DNA of 64,000 bases from Longimicrobiales bacterium. Its GTDB lineage: Bacteria > Gemmatimonadota > Gemmatimonadetes > Longimicrobiales > Gaopeijiaceae. Of this stretch, positions 10,882 to 19,608 are shown in pieces (positions within the stretch are counted from its first letter, which is position 1; every line of letters begins with the position of its first letter). Location: the NCBI GenBank assembly GCA_041690395.1, contig JAWLHJ010000004.1, positions 32,001-96,000 on the forward strand, given 5' to 3'. The position numbers and the translations under genes were made by a program. The notes beneath the pieces are model-generated. The model saw nothing but the letters and a program-made list of their open reading frames with translations. It was not told the DNA's origin and did not search any database.

Positions 10882-11709
10882 TCAGCCGCCCGGCCTGCGC
10901 AGGGAGTCGGCGGACGCGCGCTCCAGGTCCCGGCGGGCACGGATCGCCTCCGAGCGCTCGCGCCACGAGTCGCGCAGCTCCATCTGCCGGCCCTGCCGCT
11001 GGATCTCGTCGAACTGATACAGGCGCATGTTCACCTCGGCCCGGTTCGCCGGGTTCACCCCGAAGTCGAACGGGAGCGGAAGCGAGAAGTCGCCGAGATA
11101 GACGCGCCCGTCGGCGACCCCCCAGCGCTTCCCCGAGTCGTCGGTGAAGGTCCAGTCCGTCAGCGCGCGTTCGGCGTCCTGCGCGACGAGCACGGAGTCG
11201 TACCACTCCTGGAGCCGACCGGAGGCCAACAGCTCTTCGCGGTGCGCGGGGGTCAGCTCGCCGAGCGCCCGGTCGAGAGGCGCCCAGATGCGGGCGTCGG
11301 TCAGCCTCGGCCTGAGCCGCTCGGCCGCCGTCGGCCCAGGGGGCGGCAGGTCGAGGGCGACGGGAGCGCTGAGGTCGGGCAGATCGATCGAGCCCACGGG
11401 AACGGTCGGCTCGATGGCCTCCTCGGGCTCCTCGGGCGGCTCCGTCGTCTCGGCCTCCTCCTCGTCGAGCTCGACGAGCGTGATGACTTCGACGCCGTCC
11501 AGCGCATCGGTCGAGGCCGACACCGGGAACGACACCGCTTCCGGCCTCAGGCTGTCGAAGAGGAGGGGGTAGATCGCAATTCCGACCAGGTGGAGCGCGG
11601 CCGAGATCCCGAAGGCCCACGCGAGGAGACGGCGCGATCCCTTGTCCGGACGCCGCGGGTGGGCCGCCCGGTCCGAGGTGCTGTCGTCTCCGCCGGCCCG
11701 ATCAATCAT
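10882..11709 (-). CDS. Hypothetical single-pass membrane protein with a TonB/TolA-like N-terminus
   Basis: TM segment WAFGISAALHLVGIAI, E/P-rich linker, globular C-terminus. Confidence 0.7.
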   Translation of the reverse strand: MIDRAGGDDSTSDRAAHPRRPDKGSRRLLAWAFGISAALHLVGIAIYPLLFDSLRPEAVSFPVSASTDALDGVEVITLVELDEEEAETTEPPEEPEEAIEPTVPVGSIDLPDLSAPVALDLPPPGPTAAERLRPRLTDARIWAPLDRALGELTPAHREELLASGRLQEWYDSVLVAQDAERALTDWTFTDDSGKRWGVADGRVYLGDFSLPLPFDFGVNPANRAEVNMRLYQFDEIQRQGRQMELRDSWRERSEAIRARRDLERASADSLRRPGG

Positions 11710-11770
11710 GTAGCGTGCTAACCCGTGCCGGGAGTGCGGTTCCTCGGGACCGGCTGCGGGCGGGCGCCGT

Positions 11771-12937
11771 TCAGAGGAGTGCGCCCAGTCGCCGGCCGGC
11801 CTCGGCGAGACGCTCTTCCGGGCCCGTGAGCGCCAGCCGGAAGAAGCCCTCCCCGCCGGCCCCGAGTGTGGCACCGGGTAGAACGATAACCCCCTGCTCC
11901 TCCAGGGCCCGTCGACCGAACTCCTCGGACGAGCCCACCCCGGGCGGGATCGGAACCCAGAGATACATCGTGGCTTTGGGGACCCTCACGTCGAAGCCGG
12001 ACTCTGTGAGCGCGGCGGCGAGCGCGTCGCGGCGGCGACGGAACGTCTCGACGTTGCCGGGCACCCAAGCGTCAGCGCCCTCGAGCGCCGCGGCGGCGCC
12101 CGCCTGGATCCCAAGGAACTGACCCGTATCGACGAACGTCTTCACCGTCTGCAGGGCCCCGACCAGCTCCGCGCGTCCGGCGACCCATCCGAGACGCCAG
12201 CCCGTCATGTTGAACGTCTTGGACATCGAGTGGAACTCGAGCGCGACCTCCCTGGCTCCGTCGAACTCGAAGATGCTCCTTGGCCGGTAACCGTCGAACG
12301 CCAGCTCCGAATAGGCGTTGTCGTGCACCAGAAGCGCCCCGCGCTCCCTGCAGAAGTCGATCGCCTGCCGGTAGTAGGCGTCGGGCGCGACGGCCGTCGT
12401 CGGGTTGTTCGGATAGTTCAGATAGAGAATCCGCGTGCGGGCAGCCACGTCGTCCGGAAGCTCTTCGAGCTGGATCAGGAAGTCGTGCTCCGGGCGCAAC
12501 GGCACCAGATGGGGCTCACCTCCGGCCAAGGTCACGCCGCCGACATAGGGCGTGTAGCCGGGATCCGGGATCACCGCCACGTCACCGGCGTCCATGAAGG
12601 CGAACGGCACGTGCGCGATGCCGTCCTTGGAGCCGACGAGAGGCAGGAGCTCCGACCAGGGATCGATCTCCAGACCGAAGCGACGACCCATCCAGGCCGC
12701 CGCCGCTTCACGGAACGCCGGGAGGCCCCGTTGGAACGGGTAGCTGGAGTAGGCCGGGTCGTCCACGACCTCCTTCAGTCGAGCCACCGCGGACGGCGGA
12801 GGCGCCAGCCCCGAGTCTCCGGCGCCCAGGTCGATCACGTCGACCCCCTCCGCCTCCAGCCGGGCCCGAGTGGCCTTCATCTGCGCCAACGGGAAGGCCG
12901 GGAGCCGCCCGAAGCGCGCGCTGGTACGGACCGTCAC
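11771..12937 (-). CDS. Class I/II PLP aminotransferase (LL-DAP aminotransferase/MtnE-like)
   Basis: GSKDGI, LNYPNNPT, HDNAY, SMSKTFNMTGWRLG. Confidence 0.88.
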   Translation of the reverse strand: MTVRTSARFGRLPAFPLAQMKATRARLEAEGVDVIDLGAGDSGLAPPPSAVARLKEVVDDPAYSSYPFQRGLPAFREAAAAWMGRRFGLEIDPWSELLPLVGSKDGIAHVPFAFMDAGDVAVIPDPGYTPYVGGVTLAGGEPHLVPLRPEHDFLIQLEELPDDVAARTRILYLNYPNNPTTAVAPDAYYRQAIDFCRERGALLVHDNAYSELAFDGYRPRSIFEFDGAREVALEFHSMSKTFNMTGWRLGWVAGRAELVGALQTVKTFVDTGQFLGIQAGAAAALEGADAWVPGNVETFRRRRDALAAALTESGFDVRVPKATMYLWVPIPPGVGSSEEFGRRALEEQGVIVLPGATLGAGGEGFFRLALTGPEERLAEAGRRLGALL

Positions 12938-13016
12938 GCGAGGCACAGGCCGAAGGGGACACGGCTGCGGACCGTCACGCAGCGAGGGTCCGGCCACCGG
13001 AGGCTCATGTGGCGGG

Positions 13017-13637
13017 TCAGTCCCCCACCACCGGGTTGGAAACCTTGCCCACGCCCGTGACCTCGACCTCGACGCGGTCTCCGGGCTTCAGCGGCCCGAT
13101 GCCGTCCGGGGTTCCCGTGGCGACGATGTCGCCCGGCTCGAGCGTCATGAACCGCGTCACGTACTCCAACACGGCCGGAATCGGGAAGACCATGTCCCCG
13201 ATCGCGCCGCGCTGCCGGATCTCCCCGTTCACCCGGGTGATCACCTCGAGGGCGTCGATGTCCACCTGCTCGATCGGGATCACCCGACCGACGGGGCAGA
13301 ACGTGTCGAAGCCCTTGGCGCGACTCCACTGGTTGTCGGACGCCTGGAGGTCGCGGGCGGTCACGTCGTTGAGCGGCAGCACGCCGCCGACGTAGTCCCA
13401 AGCCTCGTCGGCCGACACCTTGGTGGCCCTTCGCCCGATCACGACGGCGATCTCGCCCTCGTAGTCGACGCGACCGGCCCAGGACGGCATGACGATCTCG
13501 TCGCCCTCGCCGATGAGCGCGGATGGCGCCTTGAGGAAGATCAAGGGCTCCGCCGGCACGTCGCCACCCATCTCGGCGGCGTGCTTCGCGTAGTTCTTCC
13601 CGACGCAGACGATCTTGGACGGCCTGAGATCGCTCAT
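13017..13637 (-). CDS. Fumarylacetoacetate hydrolase family protein
   Basis: KIVCVGKNY..HA.EMG, DYEGE, NDVTARDLQ, KGFDTF, TGTPDG. Confidence 0.95.
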   Translation of the reverse strand: MSDLRPSKIVCVGKNYAKHAAEMGGDVPAEPLIFLKAPSALIGEGDEIVMPSWAGRVDYEGEIAVVIGRRATKVSADEAWDYVGGVLPLNDVTARDLQASDNQWSRAKGFDTFCPVGRVIPIEQVDIDALEVITRVNGEIRQRGAIGDMVFPIPAVLEYVTRFMTLEPGDIVATGTPDGIGPLKPGDRVEVEVTGVGKVSNPVVGD

Positions 13638-13834
13638 GAGGAGGTCGGCCGCGTGTGCAGGTAGGTCCCGATGAGCGCGCCGAGCGCCGCTATGGTGAGG
13701 AGCACCCCGATGACCGTCCACCAGAAGCCCAGGTCCGCGTGCCCGGCCTCCCAGCCGCTGCTCGCGTTCCGGTACGCCCCGAACGCGATGCCGAGGTAGA
13801 CGACGCCGACCGCCATGCCGAAGATGCGTTTCAT
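13634..13834 (-). CDS. Small two-TM membrane protein (start 13834 ATG or 13858 TTG)
   Basis: Two hydrophobic helices; ATGA overlap with the FAH gene; promoter-like sequence upstream. Confidence 0.65.
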   Translation of the reverse strand: MKRIFGMAVGVVYLGIAFGAYRNASSGWEAGHADLGFWWTVIGVLLTIAALGALIGTYLHTRPTSS

Positions 13835-13887
13835 GAAGCTGCTGGGTCTTGGGTCCAAGTCTGGCCAGATGAGGCCCGGATCGGCTG

Positions 13888-13916
13888 AATCTACGACCCG
13901 CCCGCGCCTTGTCCAA
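13888..13916 (-). promoter_or_regulatory. Putative sigma70 promoter
   Basis: TTGGAC-N17-TAGATT. Confidence 0.55.
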
Positions 13917-13943
13917 GAAGGGTGAGGAACAACGCCCCTCCGC

Positions 13944-16580
13944 TCAGACTCCGTAGAAGGCGCGCACCCTGCGCGTCAGGTCGGTCCACGCCCCCTTCAC
14001 CAACGGCGCCGGCGGCAGCGACCCCTGGAGGTAGCGGCCGTAACGGCGCGTGACGAGGCGGTCGTCCAGAACCAGCACCACGCCCCGATCGGACTGGCTG
14101 CGGACGAGCCGCCCGAACCCCTGCTTGAGCCGGAGCGCGGCATGCGGGAGCATGAAGTCCCGGAAGGAGTCGCCCCCCGCGGCCTCCACGGCCTCCATGC
14201 GAGCGGCGGTGATCGGTTCGGTCGGCACCCTGAAGGGCAGCTTGTGGATGATGAGCGCGCGAAGCGGCTCCCCCGGGACGTCGACCCCCTCCCAGAACGA
14301 GCTGGTCCCGAGCAGGACGCCTCGGCCGGAGGTGACGAAGCGCTCGACGAGCCGGTGCCGGGCGTCCTCCCCTTGTACGAAGAGCGGCCACCGGGTATCC
14401 GCGCCCATCTTCCGCAGGACGTCCGCGGCTCTCCGCAGCGCCGCGTGCGACGTGAAGAGCACGAAGATCCCGCCGTCCGTGACGTCGGCCATCTCCACGA
14501 CGGTGTCCGCGACCCCGTCGCCGGAACTCCGCAGGGTTCGCTCCCAGGCTTCTCCGCCCCCCGCGGACCTGAAGCCCCCCGACGCGGCCCCCCGATCCGT
14601 GGGGACGACCAGGAGCGTGTTGTGCTCGAAGTCGAACGGGGAGTCGATGACCCGCTCGCGGACGGCGCCGATCTCCTCCATGGCGTCCGGGCCGGCGTCA
14701 CGCTCGCTGAGCCCGAGCCGGCCCTTCAGGAAGTCGAACGACCCACGGGTGGTGAGCGTCGCGGAGGTCAGGACGGTGGTCTCGGCCTTCGAGAACAGCG
14801 ATTCGCGGAGGACCTCGCCGAGCTCGATCGGCGCCGCGGCGAGCGCCAGGTTCCGCGATCGTCCGGATCCGCTCCTCCGCCCCTCCATCCAGCGGACGTA
14901 GCGCCCGCCTTCCTCGCCGGGAACGAGCACGAGGCGGAGCCCCTGCACCGCCGCGGCGATCCGGCGCTCGATGGAGCGGAGGTCGAGGAGCCGGCCTTCG
15001 AGGCGATCGGAGAGCTCCTCCTGCATCTCCAGTCGAGCCCTGAGCTCGGCGACCTCCCGCTCGAGCAGGGACAGCGCGGACACGGCCGCCCGCAGGGCCT
15101 CCTGCACGTCCATCCGCTCCGCCGGCTCACCGACACCCTTCGGTCCCAACCGCGCGACGGTCTCGTCTCCGTCCACCAACATCTCGAGCCGATCGACGAG
15201 CCCTTCGAGCGCCGCCCGCCCCTTCGAAGCAGCGGGACGTACCCGGTTCTCGAGCCGCTCCCGGAGCGGCACGGCGTCACGGGTGCCGGCGAGTGCCTCA
15301 TGGACGGCGGTGAGGACGCCCCGGCCCCGTCGGTCGAGACGCGACAGCATCCGGTACAGTCCCGAGCGGGTCAGCTCGACACCGAGGTGCGACGTCGCCG
15401 CGTCCTCGACGTTGTGGGCCTCGTCGAGGATCACCCGCTTATACGGAGGGAGTACGGCGGAGTGCGTGTAGTTCTGCGTCGCGCGCCGGACCGCCAGGTC
15501 GGTGAACAGGAGGTGGTGGTTCACCACGAGGAGCTGGGCAGAGGCCGCGTTCCGCCGCGAGCGCTGGTAGAAGCACTGTTGGAAGTGCGGACAGCGCGCC
15601 CGGAGGCACATGTCCGGATCGCTCCGGACCTCGTCCCACACGTCGTCCGAAGGGGTGAAGTCCAGATCGGACAGCGAGCCGTCGTCGGTCGCGTCGATCC
15701 AGGACAGGAGCGCCTTCAGCTCCGCCGAGCGGTCGTCCTCGAACAGGCTGGCCTGCCCCTCCGCCGCCAGCAGCGCCCGCCGGATCGAGACGTAGTTGCC
15801 CCGTCCCTTCACGAGCGCCCAGGACACCTCGCCGACCAGCCGCTCGACGAGTGGGAGATCCTTCCCGACGAGCTGCTCCTGGAGGTTGATCGTGTTCGTC
15901 GACAGCACGGTCCGCTCGCCGTTGCGGAGCGCCCACAGCGCGGCAGGGACCAGGTACGCCAGCGACTTCCCCGTTCCGGTGCCCGCTTCCACCAGCGTCA
16001 CGCCGCCTTCGTTGAACGACTCGGCGACCAGCGCCGCCATCGCTCGTTGGCCGGGTCGGTCCTCGTAACCCCGCATGCCCCGTTCGAGCGCCCCGCCCGC
16101 GCCGAGCACGGCCTCGACCTCGCCCGCCTCGATCGGCTCCACGACCCGTGGCGCGGGAGGCTCGACGACGACGTAGAGGCGCTCCGCCTCGTTGTCCACG
16201 ATCGCCGTGCCGAGGCCCTGCTCGTAGAGGAGCGAGGCGACGCGCATGTCCGCGTCGGACGGCTCCAGGACACCCGAAGGATGGTTGTGCACCATCACTC
16301 CGCCCTGGGGGGCATCCCGCGCGGCGACCAGCACGGCCTCGTAGTTGCCGCGGGCGACCGCCCTCGGGTCGCGCACCACCCGGGCGTCGTCCACCGTTGC
16401 CAGAAAGCAGACCTCCCGCCCACCCGCCCGCCGAACCTCGGCGCGTATGCGGGCGGCGGACTCGGGCGCGAGCGTCAGCTCGCGTGCGGGACCGCCCGTG
16501 CGACCTCCGGGCTTCTCGTCCGGCTCGTGCTCCTCGAGCCCGTCCAAGCCGACGAGGAAGGCGCCTTCGGGAAGGGTCAC
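13944..16580 (-). CDS. DinG/YoaA-family helicase with an N-terminal RadC-like JAB domain
   Basis: EAGTGTGKS, LQEQL, VVNHHLL, ILDEAH, FWEGVD, QGFGRLVR; N-terminal E...HNHPSG..PS.AD. Confidence 0.92.
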   Translation of the reverse strand: MTLPEGAFLVGLDGLEEHEPDEKPGGRTGGPARELTLAPESAARIRAEVRRAGGREVCFLATVDDARVVRDPRAVARGNYEAVLVAARDAPQGGVMVHNHPSGVLEPSDADMRVASLLYEQGLGTAIVDNEAERLYVVVEPPAPRVVEPIEAGEVEAVLGAGGALERGMRGYEDRPGQRAMAALVAESFNEGGVTLVEAGTGTGKSLAYLVPAALWALRNGERTVLSTNTINLQEQLVGKDLPLVERLVGEVSWALVKGRGNYVSIRRALLAAEGQASLFEDDRSAELKALLSWIDATDDGSLSDLDFTPSDDVWDEVRSDPDMCLRARCPHFQQCFYQRSRRNAASAQLLVVNHHLLFTDLAVRRATQNYTHSAVLPPYKRVILDEAHNVEDAATSHLGVELTRSGLYRMLSRLDRRGRGVLTAVHEALAGTRDAVPLRERLENRVRPAASKGRAALEGLVDRLEMLVDGDETVARLGPKGVGEPAERMDVQEALRAAVSALSLLEREVAELRARLEMQEELSDRLEGRLLDLRSIERRIAAAVQGLRLVLVPGEEGGRYVRWMEGRRSGSGRSRNLALAAAPIELGEVLRESLFSKAETTVLTSATLTTRGSFDFLKGRLGLSERDAGPDAMEEIGAVRERVIDSPFDFEHNTLLVVPTDRGAASGGFRSAGGGEAWERTLRSSGDGVADTVVEMADVTDGGIFVLFTSHAALRRAADVLRKMGADTRWPLFVQGEDARHRLVERFVTSGRGVLLGTSSFWEGVDVPGEPLRALIIHKLPFRVPTEPITAARMEAVEAAGGDSFRDFMLPHAALRLKQGFGRLVRSQSDRGVVLVLDDRLVTRRYGRYLQGSLPPAPLVKGAWTDLTRRVRAFYGV

Positions 16581-17845
16581 TGGGTCTTCAGCGTCCGTTT
16601 CTTCGCCGCCGGGAACAGGACGTTGTTGAGGATCAGGCGATACCCGGGCGAGTTCGGGTGGAGCGCCAGATCCGTCGCCGGATCCCCGATCTGGTGCTCG
16701 GGATCCTCGGGGTCGTGACCACCGAAGTACGTGAAGGTGCCCTCCCCCACGTTGCCGTGGACGTACTTGGCCCAAGGCCCCTCCTCGGCCAGCACGACCA
16801 CGCTCGGCTGCAGACGGTCCTTACGGAACGACGTCGTGAGACCGTAGAAGTCGGGCAGGATCGACTCGTGGTTCTGCGTCAGCATGGACGGGACCGGGTC
16901 GAACTTCGCCGAGAAGTCGAAGAGCGAGAACGCCCCCAACTCCTCGCGCCACGCCGTGTTCACCTGATGGCCGTCGATGTCGGAGAAGGAGCTGACCGAC
17001 GGATTCACCTGAACGTCCGCGTCGGTGAACGCCATCGCCCGGTCCCACTGCATGCGGGCCGAGGCGTCCGGATCGGGCGGCGTACCGTCCGCATAGCTCG
17101 CCGCGATGTCGACTTCCGGCCCGGCGGCCAGCGCCAGCTCGAGCGTCTCCGTCGCCGAGCACATCGCGAAAAGGAAGCCTCCGCCCTCGATGTAGTCGCG
17201 GATACGCTGGGCGACGGCCTTCTTCAGGTCGGGCACCGTCGCGTAACCGTGCTCCCGGGCCACCGCGCGGTTCCGCGCGACTTCGTCCTGGAGCCAGGGC
17301 GCGCCGGAGTAGGTCAGATAGAACTTCGAGTACTGACCGGTGAAGTCCTCGTGATGCAGATGGATCCACTCGTACTCCGACAGGTCGCCGGTGAGCACCT
17401 CCGGATCCCAGATCGTCTCGTACTCGATCTCAGCGTACTCGAGCGCCATCGTCACGGCGTCGTCCCACGGGGTCGAGTTGGGTGGCGTGTAGACCGCGAC
17501 CCGCGGAGCCCGCTCGAGCGGCACCGCCTCCATATTGGACTCGGCGATCGTCGCCCGGATGCTCGCTTCGGCGGCGGCGTCGACCGGCACGATCGTCACG
17601 CCACGGAGCGCCGCCTGGCGCCGCACATCCGCGAGATCGGGAAGCAGGAACGAGCCGTTCCGATAATTCAGCAGCCACTCCGCGCTGAGCTCCTGGACGA
17701 GCACCCAATGCGTGAGTCCGTAAGCTTTGAGATGATTGCTCTGGCTCCGGTCCATGGGAACCAGCAACCGTTGAGCCGACAGCCCGGCAGGCGCGAAGAG
17801 CGTGCCGGCCAGGAGGAGCATGACGAAGGTTCGGATAAGGCTCAT
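16577..17845 (-). CDS. Secreted protein of unknown function with a class I GATase/DJ-1-like segment (family often auto-labelled 'asparagine synthetase B')
   Basis: Signal peptide ending LSA-Q; LVPMD..Q.NHLKAYG, WLLNY.NGSF, HLHHEDFTGQ, GGFLFAMCSA. Confidence 0.7.
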   Translation of the reverse strand: MSLIRTFVMLLLAGTLFAPAGLSAQRLLVPMDRSQSNHLKAYGLTHWVLVQELSAEWLLNYRNGSFLLPDLADVRRQAALRGVTIVPVDAAAEASIRATIAESNMEAVPLERAPRVAVYTPPNSTPWDDAVTMALEYAEIEYETIWDPEVLTGDLSEYEWIHLHHEDFTGQYSKFYLTYSGAPWLQDEVARNRAVAREHGYATVPDLKKAVAQRIRDYIEGGGFLFAMCSATETLELALAAGPEVDIAASYADGTPPDPDASARMQWDRAMAFTDADVQVNPSVSSFSDIDGHQVNTAWREELGAFSLFDFSAKFDPVPSMLTQNHESILPDFYGLTTSFRKDRLQPSVVVLAEEGPWAKYVHGNVGEGTFTYFGGHDPEDPEHQIGDPATDLALHPNSPGYRLILNNVLFPAAKKRTLKTQ

Positions 17846-19608
17846 GGAGTTCCCCTCAAGCGCGACAGCTCGGCCCGTGCGCTCGGTACGATGGCGGCAT
17901 TGGGTCTCGACGCGATGAGCTCCTCCAGAATCTCGATCGCGCGCGGACGCCCCCCGTCCCGGGAGGCGTGGAAGCGCGCGAGCGCGAGGGCGGCCTCCGG
18001 AACGGACGGGTCGTCCGGGTACGCTTCGAGCAGCGTCGTCCGCAGCCGGGCTGCCTCGGTCGGCTCACCCCCGTCCTCGGCGAGCCTCGCCGCGTGGGCC
18101 AGAAGCGCAGCGCGTTCCCGGTCGTCCGCCACGCCCTCGCCCGACTCGAGGAGCTCGATCGCCGGGTCGAGCTCCCCTCGATGCGCGGCCGCGACGGCAC
18201 GGGCCAGCGTCTCCGCGCCGCTCGGAGACATGCGGCCGAGCAGCCCCACCAGCCGGATGGTTCCCGTGGCGTCGGAGGGCGACAGCCCCTCCACCGCCAC
18301 GGTCAGGAGGTTCCGGGCCTCGTCGATGCGCCCGGCATCGAGCAGCAGGTAGGCCCGCTCCGCGGCGCTCCGGGGACCTTCCGAGCTCTCGGCCACGGCG
18401 AGCGCACCTTCCGGGTCGCCGTGCGCCTGCAGCGCGCGGGCCACGCCGGCCGCGAGCTCGTCGAGCTCCGGGGCGCTCGGGAACTCCGCCACGAACCCGT
18501 CAAACGACTCCCTCAGCGCCTCGGGCCCCATGGCGCCCAGGCCCAGACGAAGGGCGCGGAGCGTCGCCTGCCGACGGTCCGTCGAGCCCTCCGGGTAGGA
18601 ACGCGCGATCCGCCGTACCGCTTCCGCCGCCGCGAGCGTGTCCCCGGCCGTGAGCGAGACCTCGGCCAACCGCTCGTCGAATGCCCTCCGCTCGGCGGGT
18701 GAGCGCGCGTCCTGACCGAGCTCGTCGTACGCCCATTTCGCGACGCTCCCGACGGACAGCTCGCTGGCCCGGTCACCGATCTCCGCCAGGAAGGCCGACC
18801 TCGCCCGTCCGCCCAGCTCGTCCGCCACGGCGCGTGTCAGCTCGAGCGCGCGGTCGTCCATGCGAAGCTCGACGGCGAGTTCGGCGGCGGCCCGGCGGCG
18901 CGCGAAGACGGGGGAGGACGAAAGCCGATCGATCACCTGGCTTGCGGTCCGGTCCGATCGGTCCTCCGGGAGGTCCCGGATACGCCGGGCCATGGGCGCG
19001 ACCCCCGAGCCGTCGTCACCGACCCCGACGACCCATTCGGCGAGCGCACCCTGCGCATCTCCCGACAGCCACAGGAGGTCGCCCATCTCGAACGCGAGGA
19101 GATCCTCGTCTCCGGTCGCGCTCCTCCCGCGCCGCAACAGCTCCAATGCCTCGTCCCCACCGAACGTCGTCTCGTACAGCACGACCAGCTCCCGATAGGT
19201 CGACGGCGACGGATCGTCGGTCGCCCACTCCGATGCCCGGCGGCGCACCGCGTCCAGGGAGTCGACCTCGGCGAGCACGCGCAGCTCCAGGAGGCGCACC
19301 TGGGCTCGTCCGGGGTCCGCGCTCAGGAAGTCGCGCACGACCGGAAGCACGGCCTCGGGCTCACCCTGCGACCGGAGCACCCGCTCCAGGGCGAAGAGCG
19401 CACCTGTCGCCCGCGGATCGCGCTCCAGAACGTGGCGGAGCACACGCTCGGCTCCTTCCAGGTCGCCGCTCGCCTCCAGCCCCGCCGCTTCCCGGAGCAT
19501 CCCATTCGTGGTGCCACCGCCCCTCGCCTGAGCTGCGGCCGGCCATGGAGCCAGCACGGTCGCCGCCAGACAGACGATCAGGCAGATGCCCGGCACGCGG
19601 ACCTTCAT
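17842..19608 (-). CDS. Exported tetratricopeptide-repeat protein
   Basis: Signal peptide ending AAA-Q; many A/L/E/R helical repeats with YP/FP turns. Confidence 0.8.
   Translation of the reverse strand: MKVRVPGICLIVCLAATVLAPWPAAAQARGGGTTNGMLREAAGLEASGDLEGAERVLRHVLERDPRATGALFALERVLRSQGEPEAVLPVVRDFLSADPGRAQVRLLELRVLAEVDSLDAVRRRASEWATDDPSPSTYRELVVLYETTFGGDEALELLRRGRSATGDEDLLAFEMGDLLWLSGDAQGALAEWVVGVGDDGSGVAPMARRIRDLPEDRSDRTASQVIDRLSSSPVFARRRAAAELAVELRMDDRALELTRAVADELGGRARSAFLAEIGDRASELSVGSVAKWAYDELGQDARSPAERRAFDERLAEVSLTAGDTLAAAEAVRRIARSYPEGSTDRRQATLRALRLGLGAMGPEALRESFDGFVAEFPSAPELDELAAGVARALQAHGDPEGALAVAESSEGPRSAAERAYLLLDAGRIDEARNLLTVAVEGLSPSDATGTIRLVGLLGRMSPSGAETLARAVAAAHRGELDPAIELLESGEGVADDRERAALLAHAARLAEDGGEPTEAARLRTTLLEAYPDDPSVPEAALALARFHASRDGGRPRAIEILEELIASRPNAAIVPSARAELSRLRGTP

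Noticed and set aside
8114..11017. 967-aa plus-strand ORF opposite valS (similar cases: 14142-16718, 16148-18352, 26183-28288, 52377-54101, 3263-5344)
   Set aside because: Antisense shadow ORFs of real genes, expected from high-GC codon bias; no recognisable motifs
10796..11620. Apparent 275-aa N-terminal extension of ValS, and similar long extensions of accD, rodA, folC, gmhB, rsmI and dut in the ORF track
   Set aside because: They overlap genuine upstream genes in another frame and are R/G/P-rich noise; better starts exist at GTGA/ATGA junctions or close to the preceding stop
11695..11721. CIRCE-like TTAGCAC on the minus strand
   Set aside because: Half-site only; no GAGTGCTAA at N9 and no chaperone gene downstream
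13944..16580. Type IV CRISPR CasDinG or defence-island interpretation
   Set aside because: No csf/cas genes or array nearby; the context is housekeeping
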